Shown: positions 17,976 to 27,923, counted from the stretch's first letter. The stretch is DNA of 64,000 nt from a candidate division WOR-3 bacterium (GCA_027038175.1 JALVYB010000079.1:1215-65214), one strand, 5' to 3'. Program-made: numbers and translations. Notes: a model not told the origin generated them from the sequence alone.

Positions 17976-20900
17976 TCTTTTCCACCTCCCATATCGGGTT
18001 TCTCCTCTATCTCTACATTGCTGGTAATAACCGATATGTGTGCTATGCCCTCAGAATCAATTTCCTTCGCAAGTAATCCCTTACCAACAGCGTACTCTAT
18101 CACAAACTTCACATCTTGCTTTGTGGCACCATCCACACGCTTTGTTATTACATCTAAAAGTGCCTTGTATTCAACGTTCTTCTTCCTGCCAAGATACGCC
18201 ATGACTTCATCAAGAATCTCTTTCTCCATCGCTGTTAATCCGTCCTCCTCATCCTCTTCTTTCTCCTTCTTACCTCTCATCAAAAATAACGCAGCTAACA
18301 CTCCTGCTATTATTAAAGGTAAGGCTATCGCAATTACTATAATGCCAGGGAAACCAGAATCACTTGATGGGTGATGTGTTGTACTACTTGAAGTGGGTTT
18401 TGCGAACACGCTCCAAGAATACTTCACAACATTCACACCATCGCTGATCTTCAAAATGACTTCATGCGTTCCTTGAGGTAGGCTCACTTTCAAGAACTGG
18501 TCATGCCCTACTACTCTTCCATCGATTATCCACGTGTAATTAACGGGATTTCCATTCGGATCTTTGGCATTTGCATAGAACGTGACATAATTGTTAGCGG
18601 TGACGTTCTGTGGAACATTATACTGTACCAAACGGGGTGGATAATTGTAATCAACTATTATTTTAGCAGTTGCTTCACCGACATTTCCTGCCATGTCATA
18701 AGCATAGATGTGTATGTAATACGTGTAGTTATTGGCAAATTTGAGATGTAGATAACTTGCGTTTCCTGACAAGTTATACTGCTTCCAGAATGCTAAATTC
18801 ATTTCTCCTAGCGGTGTGCGGTAAATCTTCACTATTATCTTTGCAATGAATGGGCTGTTTGGATCATTGGCACTCCAATCTATCGTGTAGTTAAAGGTCT
18901 TTGTGAGAGTGACGTTTGAACCACTCGTAATTTTCACAACTGGCTTAACCCAATCTACTATCACTTGGCCAAGAGTGACTATACCGCCGTGATTACCTGC
19001 CCTATCGTAAGCCATAGCTCCTATATGATAAACTCCCTGCTCCTTGAAAGTTACGGTTACAACTACCGTGATATTCGTTGAGTGGCTTCCATTAACGTAA
19101 TAAACTCCTATGTTCTCCCATCCTCCTCCAAGGAACCTCATATATATCTTGAAGAAGGATATTCCTGAGCCTGTATCATAGCCATTAACCTTGAACGTTA
19201 GATTGTGTTGATTTGTGTATTTGGGCAACTCGGTTGCATTAACTACTGGTGGTGTTGTATCTACTATAACCCATGTACTTGTTACATTGCTCTCCACTCC
19301 AACATTATTTATGAATATCGCTTTAATTGTATAGTTTCCATCTTGTGGTGCATCTACAACAATCTCACTTTTTAGAGCCATTGTCTCCCATGCCTTGTCT
19401 CCAATCTTAATTTTCATTTCCACTACTTTGAATACTGGGTCTGTTGCATTGATATAAACCGTGAACTTTACATTACTTGTAATGTGGGAATTCACTGTTA
19501 GCGTTCCTGATGGGCGATGCTGTATCTCATAAATCCATGTCTTAACCGATGAGATGTGTCCCCAAATGTCCTTGACATAAATTTCAATAGTGTAATTCTG
19601 TTCTTGGTCTGGGAGATTTACAACAACCTCTTTGCTACTGCCCCACACAATTTCTCCTCCATTAACTGAATATCCGTATCCTCCAACTTTCGTGTTGTCT
19701 GTGGCATTTACCACTATTGTTGTCTTATTCGTGAACGAAATGTAGTGTTGTACCCAAATGCTCTCGATTGTCGGCGGGGTTATGTCCACATAAACCTGCT
19801 TCTCTAAACTTGCCGTGGAACCAACATTATCCTTCACCGTGACATTTATGGTATATTCACCACTTTGAGAGAGATGCAGTTCGTAAGTGTCTTTGTAATC
19901 TATCCATCCGCTATTAAACACAACAGCACCTGCAAGGAGTGCCTGTATCTCCATTTGTGATATTCCTGCGTTAGCAGTTGCGTTAATGAGTAGAACCACA
20001 TTACCCCATCCAACTCCCTCGCTTGTCTCGTTCTGTATGGTGAAACTCAATTTCGGTGGCCCTAGCGTAACCTTGAATGATGCTGAATATATTTCACTAA
20101 CATGGCCAACGTAATCTTCAAACTGAACTTGAATGTAATGCTTTCCTATTGTATTGACATGAACTGTAAAGCTTGTGGTGTAGTTCAACCAATTACTCCA
20201 TGTGCTGTTGTCCAAGCTGTACCTGAAATAAGATACCCATGTGCCGTTATCCGTTGCATTCAATCCTATCGTTACATTTAGAGAATCATAAACGCTTTTC
20301 ACTATAATTCTTCCATAAGGTGGTTCAGTATCAACGTAGAAGGTCAGGGTATATGCCTTGCTCACGTGTCCTACTCCATCTTTTAATTTGATCAACAGGG
20401 TGTTCTTTCCTTCCTTACTACTCATTAACTGAAAGCTATGAGTGTAAGCAATGTCTTTCCAAGTATCACCATTAAGAGAGTAGATTATATCTTTAACTCC
20501 AGTCACATTATCCGTGGCATTTACCCAAACCACTACCTCTCCAGTCTTGCTATATTCTGGCACAACATTATAACTCGTAATATACGGTGGGTACAAATCA
20601 AGAGTAAATGCGTACGAATAAACCTGAGAGGTATTGTTAGCCACATCCATAAATTGCACGTATATGGTGTGCTGTCCCTCTTTGTTGGGCATTATTATCT
20701 TCGCTGAATAGGAGCCATCTTTGGGTGCGTTAGGTATTGCGTACCAAACACTCCAAGAACCATCATCCATCTTGTATCTGTAATATGCCACACCATAGTT
20801 ATCTGAAAGCTGCATATCTAATTTTGCGGTAGAATTTCCAACGACCGATGCACCATTATTTATACTTATGCTGCCTGTTGGAGGTGTGTTGTCTATGAAG

Positions 20901-23900
20901 AAGGAAACGTCTATCGATTTGCCTTCCATATTCCCAGCTGAATCTTCTCCAACCAAAGCAACTCCATACCATCCCTGTTGGGTCAAATTCATCCATACGT
21001 ATTGTGGAGTTCCGTTATATTTGCCATAGAGTACCCAAGTTATGTTGTCTTGGGTGTAATAAACATAAATACATTGAATGCCCGTACCTCTCTTAAGGAT
21101 TTCCACGTGGATCTTAACCGTCTTGTTAAAATATTTCCCATTTACATAGCCAGTTACTCTCGGTACTGTGGTACTGAGTTGGAAAGTCAAAACGTTGCTT
21201 TTTGCTGTGTTTCCTGCCTTATCCATAGCAACGACGTACCATGAGTAATTACCGTCGTTTAAAGATATAGAAGTCGTGTTTTCTGTTAAATTCTTGTATA
21301 TCACGTTTCCATTATCGGTATTTTTGATTACAAGCTCATAGCCTTTAAAGTTCTTATCTGTGGAAGCAGTCCAAACAAAAGTAACAACTCCATTTCCTCC
21401 CACAAGTCCTGATGGTTTGACAGCTTTCGGCGTGGTTGGTGCAACGGTATCTATGTTCAAAACATAGGTTTCATTGCTTCTTCTTGTGGCTCCATCATTA
21501 TTCACAGCAAGAACGTACCAAGTTATCGAATATTCGCCAGTAGGCAAAGAAGCATTGTATTTTGTGTTTGTCGTGGTAATGTTGTGATACGCTTCATCAT
21601 AATAAAGCACCAAAATGTAATCTTTTAACCCTACATTTTCATCAACGCTTTGCTCCCATTCAAATGTGACTGCGGTTTTGTTTGTGTATATATTATTTGA
21701 AGGCAAGATTAAATCAAATGGGGTCGGTAAAGATGTGCTAACAGTGAATTCCCAAGCCCCATTTGAGTCCGCAATCTCGTTTCCTACATTATCTACTGCT
21801 ATCATCCACCAGTACCAAACTCCATTTGCTAACTGAACCGTTATGTTATAATGGGTAGTGGATGCTTTTGTTATATTAAATATCCACCTTGCACCACTAT
21901 AATCTAAGAGATTCGTCGGCTTGGTTTCGCTCAACACTAAAATATAATGAGAGAACCCAGAACCACTATCTCCTGATGCAGTCCAATTGAACCCAGGGGA
22001 TGAGTTCTTTACAATGACATCTTGCTGCGTCTTATAATCTACACTAACCAACGAAAAGCTGTTTGGAGGTGTGGTATCTACAATAACACTCTCTTTCGAC
22101 ACTCCTTGATTTCCTGCCTTATCTTTAGCATATACATATATTGTGTAGGTTCCGTCAGAAACAACATTCCCGTTGGAGTTTTTGCCGTCCCAAACCCAAG
22201 AAAGTGATGTAGAATAACTGGTTGTAGTGTGCGTAATTACCAATGTTCCAGAGGATGAATAAATCTTAATTGTGAATGTTGCCTCTTCTGAAGCAGTTGC
22301 TGAAATTGTTAGCGTGTCTTTTATTCCATCACCATTTGGCGAAAAAGCGTTTAGGGATTCACTCACACTAACACTTGGAGGAACAGTATCCAAAGTGAAG
22401 TCAAACACGCTTGATTTTTCAGAATTCCCTACTTTATCATAAGCTACAACATACCACCAGTAAACCCCATCTCCTGCAAGAGTAACCGATTGCGAAGTTG
22501 AAGTTGTGTTAAACTCTTTCTTAAATCCACTTCCATTATAAACCACAAGTATATAATATCCTATACCAGAGCCGCTATCTGATGCTGCTTCCCAAGTGAA
22601 TGTTATAGTTGTTTCGTTTGTATAGGTATTGTTGGCAGGATAAGTTAGAACTGCTGCCGTCGGTGGTGTGTTATCCACATTAATTGTAATCTGTGCAGAA
22701 CCATTGTTCCCTACTTCGTCTGTTGAATAAACATAAATTACATACGAACCATCTGGCACCTTTGTAGTATCCCAAGAATATGATATTGAACCACTATTTG
22801 ATTTCTGAACCCAGCCAACATTCTTTATATATATGGCCATATTTGCCACGCCAGAAACACTATCGGTAGCAGTTGCTGAAATGGTTATTGTTCCTTTCAC
22901 CCATTCATTATTCGTTGGGTTTGTAATTGTAATTGTTGGGGGTGTGTTATCTACCGTGTATGTTTTACTGGCAGAGGCAGTTAAATTAACCTCATCGTAA
23001 GCAACTGCTTTAACTGTGTGGTTTCCGTCTGAATAGGATGTTGTATCCCATGTGTATGTGCATGGCGAAGATGTAAATGTTTTGATAAGAGTTCCATCAA
23101 TATACAACTCAACCTTGACTAGTTTAACATTATCACTAGCCGAAATCTGGATCGTAACATTTCCATTAATATAAGTCCCAGTTGGTGCAGTTATGCTAAC
23201 TGAAGGCGGTGTGTTATCTACATAATATGTTTTTGAAGTACTTGATGTTAGCCCTGCTCCATTATATGCTACTACTTCAACTGTGTGGTTTCCGTCTGAA
23301 TAGGATGTGGTGTCCCAACTATATGAATAAGGAGATGCAGTAGCAGTCCCTACCTCAGTTCCGTCTATATAAAACACCACTTTTGTTATCCCTGAGACAC
23401 TATCACTTGCTGATGCCTCTATGGTTACTGTGCCATGAACGTATGTTGATGTTGGAGAAGCGATTGATACACTAGGTGGAGAGTTATCAACCGTATATGT
23501 CTTGGTAACAGATGAAGATAATCCCACCCCATTATATGCTACTGCTTTAACCGTATGTGAGCCATCTGAGTAAGATGTAGTGTCCCAACTATATGAATAA
23601 GGAGATGTTGTCATAGTGGTGATTTCTGTGCCATCTATATACAACACTACTTTTGCTATTCCTGAAGTGCTATCTGATGCGGATATATCTATGGTTACTG
23701 TGCCATGAACGTATGTTGATGTTGGTGCGGTTATAGAAACTGATGGTGGGGAATTATCTATCGTTATGGTTATGCTTGTTTGTTTAGAATTCCCAGCCTT
23801 ATCATAAGCAACTGCGTAGATAGTATGTGTTCCATCACTCACAGAAGAAGTGTCCCAACTAACACTATAAGGAGATGTAGTAGATGAACCTATCTCATTT

Positions 23901-25795
23901 GAAGATGTTACTGAATCATAATAATACACAACTTTAGCCATACCAGAACCCGAATCTGAAGCGGAAACCTCAATAGTGATAGTTCCAGTTACATAAGCTC
24001 CGTTAGACGGCTGAGTGATGCGAACACTTGGGGGTGTGTTATCGATATAAATTGTTATTTTAGTAGAAGCCATATTGCCCACATTATCCGTGGCATTTAC
24101 CCAAATATAATATGTTCCATCTGATACTTGCGTGGTATCCCAACTATATGATATTGACGTAGAAGAAGATGTCTGAACCGTTCCTAACGTGGATATAGCT
24201 ATGCTCATTGAAGCCACGCCTGAACCCGTATCTGATGATGTTGCGGAAATGGTTACTGTTCCTCTATACCATGCGTTGTTGGAAGGAGAGCTAACGGATA
24301 TTGTTGGTGGTGTGTTATCTACATAATATGTTTTGGATGTGGTATATGTGTTTCCTGCACCATCCACAACAGTTACTTCCACCGTGTGAGAGCCATCGGC
24401 TACTTGCGTGGTGTCCCAGCTATACGTTTCTGAAGCACTTGCTGAATTAACAGTCCAACTATCAACTTCATTTCCATCTATGTAAAGGGTTATTGTAGAT
24501 ACTTCAAAATTGTCCGAGGCCGATATATCAATAGATACCGTGCTATGAATATAAGTACCCGTGGGAGCGGTTATACTTGCTGTTGGTGGTGTATTATCTA
24601 CCGTTACATTTTCGTATGCTTTCTGAACGTTTCCTGCTTTATCTTCAGCAACTGCTATGAGGGTATATTTTCCATCTTGGAGAGAGGTTGTATCCCAAGA
24701 AACAGAATAAGGAGATGATGTTACACTTCCTATTTCTTGCTGGGCCGTAGAACCAGCAGGTTCATAATAAAAAGTCACACTTGCAATCCCCGAGGTTGCA
24801 TCACTTGCCGTAGCTTCAACAGTAACTGTGCCTTTGACGTAAGAACCATCAGAAGGACTGGAGAACGACACGCTTGGGGGAGTATTATCAACTGTAACAT
24901 TAATGCTTGTCTGCTTTGTGTTTCCAACCTCATCGTAAGCAACTGCGTAGATAGTGTGAGAGCCATCACTCACCGCAGTAGTATCCCAAGAAACTGAGTA
25001 AGGGGATGTAGTTGATGAACCTATCTCATTTGAAGATGTTACTGAATCATAATAATACACAACCTTGGATACCCCTGAACCTGAATCTGATGCAGAGGCC
25101 TCCAACGTAATCGTGCTTCTAACATAAGCTCCATTTGAGGGAGAAGTTATACTCACCGTTGGTGGTGTGTTATCTACATAATATGTGGCATAAGCATAGG
25201 CGGGAGGTACTGGAGTTCCGTCAGGTGCATTTTGTGTATCAACCTCAACTTTAATTTTATGACTTCCATCCGAGTAAGAGGTTGTGTCCCAACTATATGT
25301 TTCGGTTGCAGTATTGCTGTTGGGACTCCATACTTTAACATTCGCTGAATCTATATAAAGGTATATAGCACTTATTTCTAATCTAACCCATGTACCTGCA
25401 CTAGAATCATAATACTCTCCCCCTGTTGCAGATATATCTATGTTTACAGTTCCACCAACCCAAGAATTGTTTGCAGGGCTGGTTATTTCTGCTGTTCCTG
25501 CTTGTGTTTCTGTGGTAGTCAAAGAGGGGGCATTCCCTGAAAATGCTGAAATATCCAACGCCGTATTTCTAATGATACCTGCATTCATCAAATTGTCTGA
25601 AATTGCTTGTGCGGACTTCTTAATGCCACCTATTGTTATATGTATTACTCCATTTTCAAAGAAGATGTGTGTTTGAGCTTTCTTTTGAGTTTGTTGGATT
25701 TGAACTGTTGTACTAGGTGAAGCAAATACCAACGCTGCAAACGGAGAAGATAACATTAGCAACACGATTATAAAAATGAGAAACTTTCCTTTCAT
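17972..25795 (-). CDS. giant (2607-aa) cell-surface protein with more than 15 Ig-like/CARDB-like repeats, N-terminal signal peptide and C-terminal TM anchor with acidic tail
   Basis: Signal peptide MKGKFLIFIIVLLMLSSPFAALVFA. Recurring roughly 90-aa units (VDNTPPSVSI..PSNGAYV.GT.TIEASASDS.SG...V.YY..). The C-terminus has the TM segment PGIIVIAIALPLIIAGVLAALFL, then KEKEEDEEDG. Confidence 0.8.
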   Translation of the reverse strand: MKGKFLIFIIVLLMLSSPFAALVFASPSTTVQIQQTQKKAQTHIFFENGVIHITIGGIKKSAQAISDNLMNAGIIRNTALDISAFSGNAPSLTTTETQAGTAEITSPANNSWVGGTVNIDISATGGEYYDSSAGTWVRLEISAIYLYIDSANVKVWSPNSNTATETYSWDTTSYSDGSHKIKVEVDTQNAPDGTPVPPAYAYATYYVDNTPPTVSITSPSNGAYVRSTITLEASASDSGSGVSKVVYYYDSVTSSNEIGSSTTSPYSVSWDTTAVSDGSHTIYAVAYDEVGNTKQTSINVTVDNTPPSVSFSSPSDGSYVKGTVTVEATASDATSGIASVTFYYEPAGSTAQQEIGSVTSSPYSVSWDTTSLQDGKYTLIAVAEDKAGNVQKAYENVTVDNTPPTASITAPTGTYIHSTVSIDISASDNFEVSTITLYIDGNEVDSWTVNSASASETYSWDTTQVADGSHTVEVTVVDGAGNTYTTSKTYYVDNTPPTISVSSPSNNAWYRGTVTISATSSDTGSGVASMSIAISTLGTVQTSSSTSISYSWDTTQVSDGTYYIWVNATDNVGNMASTKITIYIDNTPPSVRITQPSNGAYVTGTITIEVSASDSGSGMAKVVYYYDSVTSSNEIGSSTTSPYSVSWDTSSVSDGTHTIYAVAYDKAGNSKQTSITITIDNSPPSVSITAPTSTYVHGTVTIDISASDSTSGIAKVVLYIDGTEITTMTTSPYSYSWDTTSYSDGSHTVKAVAYNGVGLSSSVTKTYTVDNSPPSVSIASPTSTYVHGTVTIEASASDSVSGITKVVFYIDGTEVGTATASPYSYSWDTTSYSDGNHTVEVVAYNGAGLTSSTSKTYYVDNTPPSVSITAPTGTYINGNVTIQISASDNVKLVKVELYIDGTLIKTFTSSPCTYTWDTTSYSDGNHTVKAVAYDEVNLTASASKTYTVDNTPPTITITNPTNNEWVKGTITISATATDSVSGVANMAIYIKNVGWVQKSNSGSISYSWDTTKVPDGSYVIYVYSTDEVGNNGSAQITINVDNTPPTAAVLTYPANNTYTNETTITFTWEAASDSGSGIGYYILVVYNGSGFKKEFNTTSTSQSVTLAGDGVYWWYVVAYDKVGNSEKSSVFDFTLDTVPPSVSVSESLNAFSPNGDGIKDTLTISATASEEATFTIKIYSSSGTLVITHTTTSYSTSLSWVWDGKNSNGNVVSDGTYTIYVYAKDKAGNQGVSKESVIVDTTPPNSFSLVSVDYKTQQDVIVKNSSPGFNWTASGDSGSGFSHYILVLSETKPTNLLDYSGARWIFNITKASTTHYNITVQLANGVWYWWMIAVDNVGNEIADSNGAWEFTVSTSLPTPFDLILPSNNIYTNKTAVTFEWEQSVDENVGLKDYILVLYYDEAYHNITTTNTKYNASLPTGEYSITWYVLAVNNDGATRRSNETYVLNIDTVAPTTPKAVKPSGLVGGNGVVTFVWTASTDKNFKGYELVIKNTDNGNVIYKNLTENTTSISLNDGNYSWYVVAMDKAGNTAKSNVLTFQLSTTVPRVTGYVNGKYFNKTVKIHVEILKRGTGIQCIYVYYTQDNITWVLYGKYNGTPQYVWMNLTQQGWYGVALVGEDSAGNMEGKSIDVSFFIDNTPPTGSISINNGASVVGNSTAKLDMQLSDNYGVAYYRYKMDDGSWSVWYAIPNAPKDGSYSAKIIMPNKEGQHTIYVQFMDVANNTSQVYSYAFTLDLYPPYITSYNVVPEYSKTGEVVVWVNATDNVTGVKDIIYSLNGDTWKDIAYTHSFQLMSSKEGKNTLLIKLKDGVGHVSKAYTLTFYVDTEPPYGRIIVKSVYDSLNVTIGLNATDNGTWVSYFRYSLDNSTWSNWLNYTTSFTVHVNTIGKHYIQVQFEDYVGHVSEIYSASFKVTLGPPKLSFTIQNETSEGVGWGNVVLLINATANAGISQMEIQALLAGAVVFNSGWIDYKDTYELHLSQSGEYTINVTVKDNVGSTASLEKQVYVDITPPTIESIWVQHYISFTNKTTIVVNATDNTKVGGYGYSVNGGEIVWGSSKEVVVNLPDQEQNYTIEIYVKDIWGHISSVKTWIYEIQHRPSGTLTVNSHITSNVKFTVYINATDPVFKVVEMKIKIGDKAWETMALKSEIVVDAPQDGNYTIKAIFINNVGVESNVTSTWVIVDTTPPVVNATELPKYTNQHNLTFKVNGYDTGSGISFFKIYMRFLGGGWENIGVYYVNGSHSTNITVVVTVTFKEQGVYHIGAMAYDRAGNHGGIVTLGQVIVDWVKPVVKITSGSNVTLTKTFNYTIDWSANDPNSPFIAKIIVKIYRTPLGEMNLAFWKQYNLSGNASYLHLKFANNYTYYIHIYAYDMAGNVGEATAKIIVDYNYPPRLVQYNVPQNVTANNYVTFYANAKDPNGNPVNYTWIIDGRVVGHDQFLKVSLPQGTHEVILKISDGVNVVKYSWSVFAKPTSSSTTHHPSSDSGFPGIIVIAIALPLIIAGVLAALFLMRGKKEKEEDEEDGLTAMEKEILDEVMAYLGRKKNVEYKALLDVITKRVDGATKQDVKFVIEYAVGKGLLAKEIDSEGIAHISVITSNVEIEEKPDMGGGKE

Positions 25796-25796
25796 T

Positions 25797-25988
25797 TTAA
25801 TCTACCTCCTTTGGTATTTCAATCTTTTTCAAAACAATTTTGGATCCGCTTCCGTTGTTTTCCACTTTCAATAAGAATATGTCGTTTTGCTGGAAATTTT
25901 GCTCTTTGCGTATTTTTGATGGTATGGTAATCCTGCCCTGTGAATCCATCCTCACCCACTTTATCTTTTCATCACCTTCACCACTCAT
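25797..25988 (-). CDS. AbrB/SpoVT/MazE-type swapped-hairpin DNA-binding protein
   Basis: VRMDSQGRITIPSKIRKEQNFQQNDIFLLKV is a canonical AbrB-fold signature. Its stop abuts the giant gene start (25797 against 25795). Confidence 0.55.
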   Translation of the reverse strand: MSGEGDEKIKWVRMDSQGRITIPSKIRKEQNFQQNDIFLLKVENNGSGSKIVLKKIEIPKEVD

Positions 25989-26096
25989 GAGATTACCTCC
26001 ATATGAATATCCTTTAAGGGTGTTTTACTATTTAAACATTTTGAATAATCACTAAAAAAGCAATAATCAACTTCACCATTTCACCAAAAAGGTTTT

Positions 26097-26127
26097 TACT
26101 TCCTGTTTTAACGTAAAACAGGAAGTA
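26097..26127. promoter_or_regulatory. 31-nt perfect palindrome TACTTCCTGTTTTA-ACG-TAAAACAGGAAGTA in a divergent promoter region
   Basis: 14-bp arms with a 3-nt loop. Sits between the AbrB-like gene (minus strand) and integrase paralog 26219 (plus strand). A second inverted repeat, TAATACTTTA...TAAAGTATTA, lies at 26188-26220. Confidence 0.45.
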
Positions 26128-26218
26128 TATCTGGGTAGGAACCCTCTTTTTAGAGGAGATAAAGAGTGTTATGACGATATTAATACTTTAAATTTTAAGA
26201 AAGTAAAGTATTAATACT

Positions 26219-26836
26219 ATGAGAGCATATAATTTAAATATGAACGCCGACGGGTTAAATGGAGGTGGTGGAGCAGACGAGACTTTGCAGTTTCTCACGC
26301 CATTAGAAGTAGATATGTTGGCTGAACAGATTTACAGAAAAGAGACAAAGTACCCTTACAGAGAAATAATCTATGGATTACTATACACGGGAATGAAATA
26401 CCATGAACTTGTTGATTTCCTGAAAAATCCAAATTGGTTTGATAGAAAAAAGAAAATCATACACATGGGCGACGTTAAAAGAAACAACAGGGTAATTTCT
26501 CACGCCAGAACAATATACCTCTCATCCCAAGGGGTTATTTACGTGGATAATTTCCTCAGATATACAAAAGATTTGCCAAATGTGAATATTTTTAGTTACC
26601 TTCTAGCATACTGGGGCAAGAAGATGGGAAAGCCGTGGATTCGTGCAAGGGTTCTTCGCAATACTTGGAGTTGCTGGTTAGCAATTGCTTACCCACACCA
26701 CATCCCAAAGATTCTGGTGAGCTTGGGCTTTTCATCATCAACGCACTTGCTTAAATGCCAGAGAAGATATTTTTCGGAAGCAGATTTGAATGAAATAAAA
26801 TTAAGAACTCTTGGGTGGAGCGGTGCTGAATGGTGA
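26219..26836 (+). CDS. tyrosine-recombinase paralog, diverged (box-I Arg replaced by Lys: TGMKYHEL)
   Basis: Colinear with the 27195 copy (YREIIYGLLYTGMKYHELVDF, ...RNTWSCWLAIAYP...LRTLGWSG). Catalytic Arg-I is not conserved and the C-terminal GH..Y region is altered. Confidence 0.45.
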   Translation: MRAYNLNMNADGLNGGGGADETLQFLTPLEVDMLAEQIYRKETKYPYREIIYGLLYTGMKYHELVDFLKNPNWFDRKKKIIHMGDVKRNNRVISHARTIYLSSQGVIYVDNFLRYTKDLPNVNIFSYLLAYWGKKMGKPWIRARVLRNTWSCWLAIAYPHHIPKILVSLGFSSSTHLLKCQRRYFSEADLNEIKLRTLGWSGAEW

Positions 26837-27249
26837 AGCCTATGAAAGACGAAAAGTGGAGAGAAGTAACTTACGGATTGTGGGAAGGAAAGTGGGGTAA
26901 GATAAAGGTGGGCAAGGAGATTGTGTTTATGATTGACTATGTGGGATTGATGCAAGTTACTGACAAGTTCTATATCACGATTCACGGGAAGTTGTACGCT
27001 GAAAAGAACAAGGAGGGAAGGTGGGAGCTGAAGGTTTATTGGTATCCTTCAAAAAAGAAGCAGGTGCTTCACACGACAAGTGATTTTTGTGAGTTAATTT
27101 ACGTTGCGAACAGGCTAGTTGATTATCAGATGTACAAATATTACAAAAGATGGGACTGGAAACCAATAAAACTCAAAAAATGCTGGAAAGGTAAATGGAA
27201 GAAGGGATTTTTGACTACGGACAAGTTGATCAGGCCCAAGGAGGTGTGA
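26830..27249 (+). CDS. hypothetical basic protein
   Basis: 139-aa K/W-rich ORF between two recombinase paralogs. Confidence 0.35.
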   Translation: MVKPMKDEKWREVTYGLWEGKWGKIKVGKEIVFMIDYVGLMQVTDKFYITIHGKLYAEKNKEGRWELKVYWYPSKKKQVLHTTSDFCELIYVANRLVDYQMYKYYKRWDWKPIKLKKCWKGKWKKGFLTTDKLIRPKEV

Positions 27250-27848
27250 TTGTGAAAATCATTATGAAGCAGGGAATAAGAATTTTCAGACCCTCAGAAT
27301 TGGATTCCCTGATTGATGGTGTCGTGAACATTTGCACCAAGAGAAGTTGCGAGTATATGTGGTTTGAAATACTGAACGCTCTTCTCTACACGGGGATGAG
27401 GTACGTGGAATTGCAGAGGTTTGCTGGACATAAAGAATGGTTTGATAAAACCACAATGAGTATCTACCTGCCCAAAGAGGCATCCAGAAAGAAAAAGAGG
27501 ACGATGCCAGACAGATACGTGTATTTATCCTCACAAGGAGTGGTAATTGTTGATAACTTCCTGAGAAGAGTTAAAAAAGTTCCGCAACTGCGAAGTGCAA
27601 ATTGGATTTTGAAGAAAGCTTCTGAAAAGACTATTGGTTCAAAGGGGGTAAGTGTAAAATCCTTTCGCAAGACGTGGGAATCGTGGCTCGTAGTCAGTTA
27701 TCCAAATAGCATTCCTTTGATTTCCATGTCCCAAGGACACACAGAGCTTGTGAGTTTAAAACATTACCTCAACATTCCTTTCTCAAAAGAAGACATAAAG
27801 GAAATAAAGGTAAGAACTGCTGGGTGGGGTGGATTTAGAAGCGTGTAG
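27195..27848 (+). CDS. small tyrosine recombinase/integrase (apparently intact)
   Basis: Box I LYTGMRYVELQRF. KSFRKTWESWLV. SQGHTELVSLKHYLN, where the final Tyr is the catalytic candidate. 217 aa with an N-terminal methionine. Confidence 0.6.
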   Translation: MEEGIFDYGQVDQAQGGVIVKIIMKQGIRIFRPSELDSLIDGVVNICTKRSCEYMWFEILNALLYTGMRYVELQRFAGHKEWFDKTTMSIYLPKEASRKKKRTMPDRYVYLSSQGVVIVDNFLRRVKKVPQLRSANWILKKASEKTIGSKGVSVKSFRKTWESWLVVSYPNSIPLISMSQGHTELVSLKHYLNIPFSKEDIKEIKVRTAGWGGFRSV

Positions 27849-27923
27849 AAAAGTGATGTATATAAATGAATACCAAAATGCCTATTAGGCGATGCTAAAT
27901 TTTTTGGGATACCTTTATATACT

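Noticed and set aside
18503-25676. Multiple 60-90-aa ORFs antisense to, or frame-shifted within, the giant surface-protein gene
   Set aside because: These are shadow ORFs inside a long, repeat-rich coding region. Their composition is dictated by the opposite strand.
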